The translations under genes were made by a program, and so were the position numbers. This document shows, in pieces, positions 46,919-50,000 of a stretch of 50,000 nt of DNA. The notes below the pieces were generated by a model. It was not told the origin of the DNA and ran no database searches. It saw only the letters and a program-made list of their open reading frames with translations. The stretch covers positions 1-50,000 of the forward strand of contig JBIIVF010000003.1 of assembly GCA_044339595.1 (NCBI GenBank), in the 5' to 3' direction. This DNA is from Bacteroidia bacterium (GTDB lineage: Bacteria; Bacteroidota; Bacteroidia; NS11-12g; UBA9320). Positions within the stretch are counted from its first letter, which is position 1, and every line of letters begins with the position of its first letter.

Positions 46919-47586
46919 TCAATAAATACTTCCTTGATCTTTTAAAAGTCTTAAGATTTCGGCGTGATTTAATTCCAAAGCCAGATCCAAAGGCGTTTTT
47001 CCATCCTGCATGGGCATCGAAACCGATGCATTATGTTTGAGTAAAAGTGCTGTTATCACAACATGGTTCGAGAAAATGGCAGCATGTAAAGGCGTGGCCT
47101 GATTACTTTGTTGTGCATTGGGTTCTGCACCATTTTGTAATAAAAATTGTGTGATGGCAATATTTCCGGCAGCAACAGCAGCATGCAACGGGTACAACCC
47201 CATCATGTTTTGTGAACGCTGATGGATATCGGTTCCCAAGGTAACAAGCCATTTTACCGCCTCGGTCTGTGAGAAATAACAGGCCAGCCCCAAGGCGGTA
47301 TGCCCATCCTCAGCAACAGCATTCAAATTTTGACCCTTTTCAACCCATGTTAGAATTTTTTGGGTTTCACCCATTACCGCTGCTTCATAAAGGTCAACAA
47401 CCTTTTATAGAGATCCGAATTTTTTAGCGGCTTCAGACATTCCAAAATACGCACATTGTATAATGGGGGAGGAGTCAAACATGTTTAACTTAGATGGATT
47501 AAGGGCTCAATAAAATTCAGAAGCCCTTCCTCTTCTTTCTTTTCGAGTAATAAAGTGAGTTGCTTTTGCGGTAAAGCATCTTTCAT
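46919..47586 (-). pseudogene. Ankyrin-repeat protein, 5' part disrupted (intact portion 46919-47374)
   Basis: Ankyrin repeats (GHTAL, PLHAA, TPLHAA, GKTPL). The upstream in-frame segment SPIIQCAYFG...SL*KVVDLYEAAVMG has TAA at 47405-47407. The promoter-adjacent ATG 47586 is in another frame. Confidence 0.7.
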
Positions 47587-47696
47587 CTCATCAAATATAT
47601 GAAAATAACGGGTTTTTTCCAAATCCTTTCATGTAAACCGGACACTTACTTTGCTGTTGAAGGCGTACCTTTGCCCAAATATAAGGGAAGGAATCC

Positions 47697-48560
47697 ATGG
47701 CGAGAAAGCATATTATAATTACCGGAGCCTCCTCCGGTATTGGATTGGAAGTAGCCAAAAAGCTGATTACTGAAGATCATAAATTGTATCTGGTCATCCG
47801 AAATCCTGAAAAAATTGTAGATGTTAAAACCGAGTTGCTGCTCATCAACCCCAGAGGAAGACTTGAAGTGGTGATAGCGGATCTTTCTTCACTCAAACAA
47901 ACGGCTGATGCAGTTGATCAAATTCTGAAAAGCACGGATAAAATTGATATCTTAATCAACAATGCCGGTGCAATGAATTCGCTGAAGGAGATAACTCCTG
48001 AAGGTTTTGAAAGAACCTTTGTTACCAATTTTTTGAGCCCGTTTTTGTTTACCCTCAAATTGTTGCCTGCATTAGCGAAATCAGAAGACAAAAAAGTGTT
48101 GAACATCACATCAGAAATGTATCGATACAATAATCTAACGGAAGATTACAGTTTCGAGCATCAGCATTATGACATGGGACGGGCTTACGCCAATTCAAAA
48201 TTGTCGCTCATCTATTTCACCCAATGGGGCGCTGAAACATGGAAGGATTTAGGAATTAAAGTGAATTGTATGCATCCGGGCATGGTGGATACTGCCTTCG
48301 GGGCGAATACAAGATGGTGGGTCAATTGGGGGCTGGAAATCATCCGACCTTTTATACGCTCAGCCAAAAAAGCGGCTGAGGACGTGGTTAAAATTGTGCA
48401 GAGCAAGAAATTTGAAAATGTGAGTGGTGAATATTTTAAACATGACAAACTTTCAGAAGTCTCCTCAGATGCCACAAATACAATGGCCATGGATGCGTTG
48501 ATTCAATACTCTTTGGATAAATTTAATGCATTGGGTTTCTGGAATGAACCTTCTTTATAA
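47697..48560 (+). CDS. Short-chain dehydrogenase/reductase (retinol-DH/WWOX-like)
   Basis: TGASSGIG, NNAG, YANSK and HPG.V.T motifs. TACCTTTG at 47666. Confidence 0.9.
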   Translation: MARKHIIITGASSGIGLEVAKKLITEDHKLYLVIRNPEKIVDVKTELLLINPRGRLEVVIADLSSLKQTADAVDQILKSTDKIDILINNAGAMNSLKEITPEGFERTFVTNFLSPFLFTLKLLPALAKSEDKKVLNITSEMYRYNNLTEDYSFEHQHYDMGRAYANSKLSLIYFTQWGAETWKDLGIKVNCMHPGMVDTAFGANTRWWVNWGLEIIRPFIRSAKKAAEDVVKIVQSKKFENVSGEYFKHDKLSEVSSDATNTMAMDALIQYSLDKFNALGFWNEPSL

Positions 48561-48571
48561 AATATTTAAAA

Positions 48572-49273
48572 ATGTTCAAAGACAGCCATAAACCTGCTGT
48601 ATTCATCACAGGTGCCAACCGGGGATTGGGTTTAGAAATTACTAAACAGCTTTTGGAAATGAACTGGAATGTGGTGGCAACTGCCCGTGATCTGCCTGCA
48701 TTAACAGCCGTTTTTGCAGATAAAAATGCTGAGAACTTGATTCTTTTAAAGTTGGATGTGACATCGAATGACGACCTTCAGCAAGTTGTGGCTTTTTTAA
48801 AGGAACATGACTTAAAGCTAAATGTCTTAATCAATAATGCAGGGATAGGAACCGGAGAAACCTCTGTCACCCAACCCGATATGCGTGAAATCCGTGAAAT
48901 TTTTGATGTGAATCTTTTTGGTGGATGGGCCGTAACAGGAGCCTTACTGCCTTTCTTTAAAGCGGAAGGAGAACGCTGCGTTATCAACGTTTCCAGTCAG
49001 ATGGGGGCAATCGATGAGCTAAAGGCTGATCATGCCGCTTATCGCCTGTCGAAGGCTTCTTTGAATGCTTTATCCCTTTCAATGGGTCAGGGGTTAAAAC
49101 ATTCAGGTATCAAAGTGCATGCGGTTTGCCCGGGATGGATCAAAACCGATATGGGAGGCGCAAATGCCCCGGGAAGTCTAGAAGCAGGTGCTTCCAATGT
49201 CATTTATTTGGCTGAAACACCGGGTTTGCCCGGCGGTAGATTCTGGAGAAACAGGAAGCCGATTAGCTGGTAA
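48572..49273 (+). CDS. Short-chain dehydrogenase/reductase (carbonyl reductase-like)
   Basis: TGANRGLG, NNAG, YRLSK and PGWIKTDMGG motifs. Confidence 0.9.
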   Translation: MFKDSHKPAVFITGANRGLGLEITKQLLEMNWNVVATARDLPALTAVFADKNAENLILLKLDVTSNDDLQQVVAFLKEHDLKLNVLINNAGIGTGETSVTQPDMREIREIFDVNLFGGWAVTGALLPFFKAEGERCVINVSSQMGAIDELKADHAAYRLSKASLNALSLSMGQGLKHSGIKVHAVCPGWIKTDMGGANAPGSLEAGASNVIYLAETPGLPGGRFWRNRKPISW

Positions 49274-49931
49274 TACGCTGCAACAATAGCTGCAATGTGG
49301 GTTCATCAATATGATGTCCGCCTTCAAATGAAATGACTTCGGGTTCAATATTCCATGATTCGAGCAAAGATTGCTGTTTTTTGAGCATGTCTGAATGGTA
49401 ATAGGGATCGTCATTTCCTAAAATCCAAAAACACTGAGTGCTTTTTAATTTCGACGATAAATCCTGACCATCAATGTCTTCCGGCCACATGCCTGCCCAG
49501 AGTGTCAAAGAAGCTGGGCTGATATTGCTTTGAGCAAGCCATCTGCACGCGGTGGCAGTTCCCTGTGAGAAAGCCAGAATGCGCCAAACAGGCTCTTTTT
49601 TTGTCTTCACTCGAATTTCTTCAATTACCCGGTTCAGGTAGCGATGGTTGTCGGCAATGTCTGTTTCACGGTCTTCACGGGTCATCCAACTTGCTCCAAC
49701 TTTATTATGGGGTCCGTCAAGATAAAATCTTTGCATGGCTTCCGGCACTGCCAGTGCGGTTTGATTGCCGATGAGCGTTCCGAATTTTTCAATGAATCGG
49801 CCTGCCAGTTGGCCATATCCGTGAATAATGAGCCATATTTCACGGGTCTCTTCTGAAAAATTATCTGAAAAATAAACCCTCGGGGTGCGAATGGTTTCTA
49901 CATGAAAGAAATTCGATTTGGCTGTATTCAT
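49263..49931 (-). CDS. Alpha/beta hydrolase (phospholipase/carboxylesterase family)
   Basis: HGYGQ, nucleophile elbow AFSQG, G..DP and GGH. TAATTTTG at 49950-49957. Confidence 0.88.
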   Translation of the reverse strand: MNTAKSNFFHVETIRTPRVYFSDNFSEETREIWLIIHGYGQLAGRFIEKFGTLIGNQTALAVPEAMQRFYLDGPHNKVGASWMTREDRETDIADNHRYLNRVIEEIRVKTKKEPVWRILAFSQGTATACRWLAQSNISPASLTLWAGMWPEDIDGQDLSSKLKSTQCFWILGNDDPYYHSDMLKKQQSLLESWNIEPEVISFEGGHHIDEPTLQLLLQRITS

Positions 49932-49954
49932 GTTGCCTGTTCAAGGCATCAAAA

Positions 49955-50000
49955 TTAATGCACTCCGATCAATCGCAATACATAATAAAAAATGGCGCCC
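49955..50000 (-). CDS. Possible 3' end of a membrane-protein gene continuing off the window
   Basis: Manual translation GAIFYYVLRLIGVH*; too short to identify. Confidence 0.3.
   Translation of the reverse strand, partial: GAIFYYVLRLIGVH

Noticed and set aside
47405-47407. Stop-codon readthrough or recoding in the ankyrin gene
   Set aside because: The codon is TAA, which is used as a normal stop throughout the window, and a separate frameshift lies upstream.

Overview
Gene-dense chromosomal window from a Bacteroidota bacterium. The assignment rests on T9SS cargo C-terminal domains, a PorV-like protein, TAnnTTTG -7 promoters, ompH-ompH-murI and rpsO-pnp. Most genes are core or housekeeping: ccmB, biotin carboxylase, rdgB, rarA, ltaE, queD, hldD, murI, greA, murQ, pnp, rpsO, FNR/ferredoxin, upp and nadC. 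I saw no rRNA, tRNA, CRISPR array, integrase or transposase. The two best candidates for uncharacterised systems are (1) an 8.8-kb operon encoding an atypical TonB-dependent receptor-like barrel, a ~1290-aa T9SS cargo protein and a dedicated PorV-like barrel, and (2) a translationally coupled set encoding a large sensor kinase, a redoxin lipoprotein and a c-heme/copper type II monooxygenase-like lipoprotein. Other observations are several structured intergenic elements (a pseudoknot plus long hairpin, REP-like units, heptamer tracts), a probable greA leader terminator, a set of probably leaderless genes, and a disrupted ankyrin gene. All calls come from reading motifs by eye; no database search was run.
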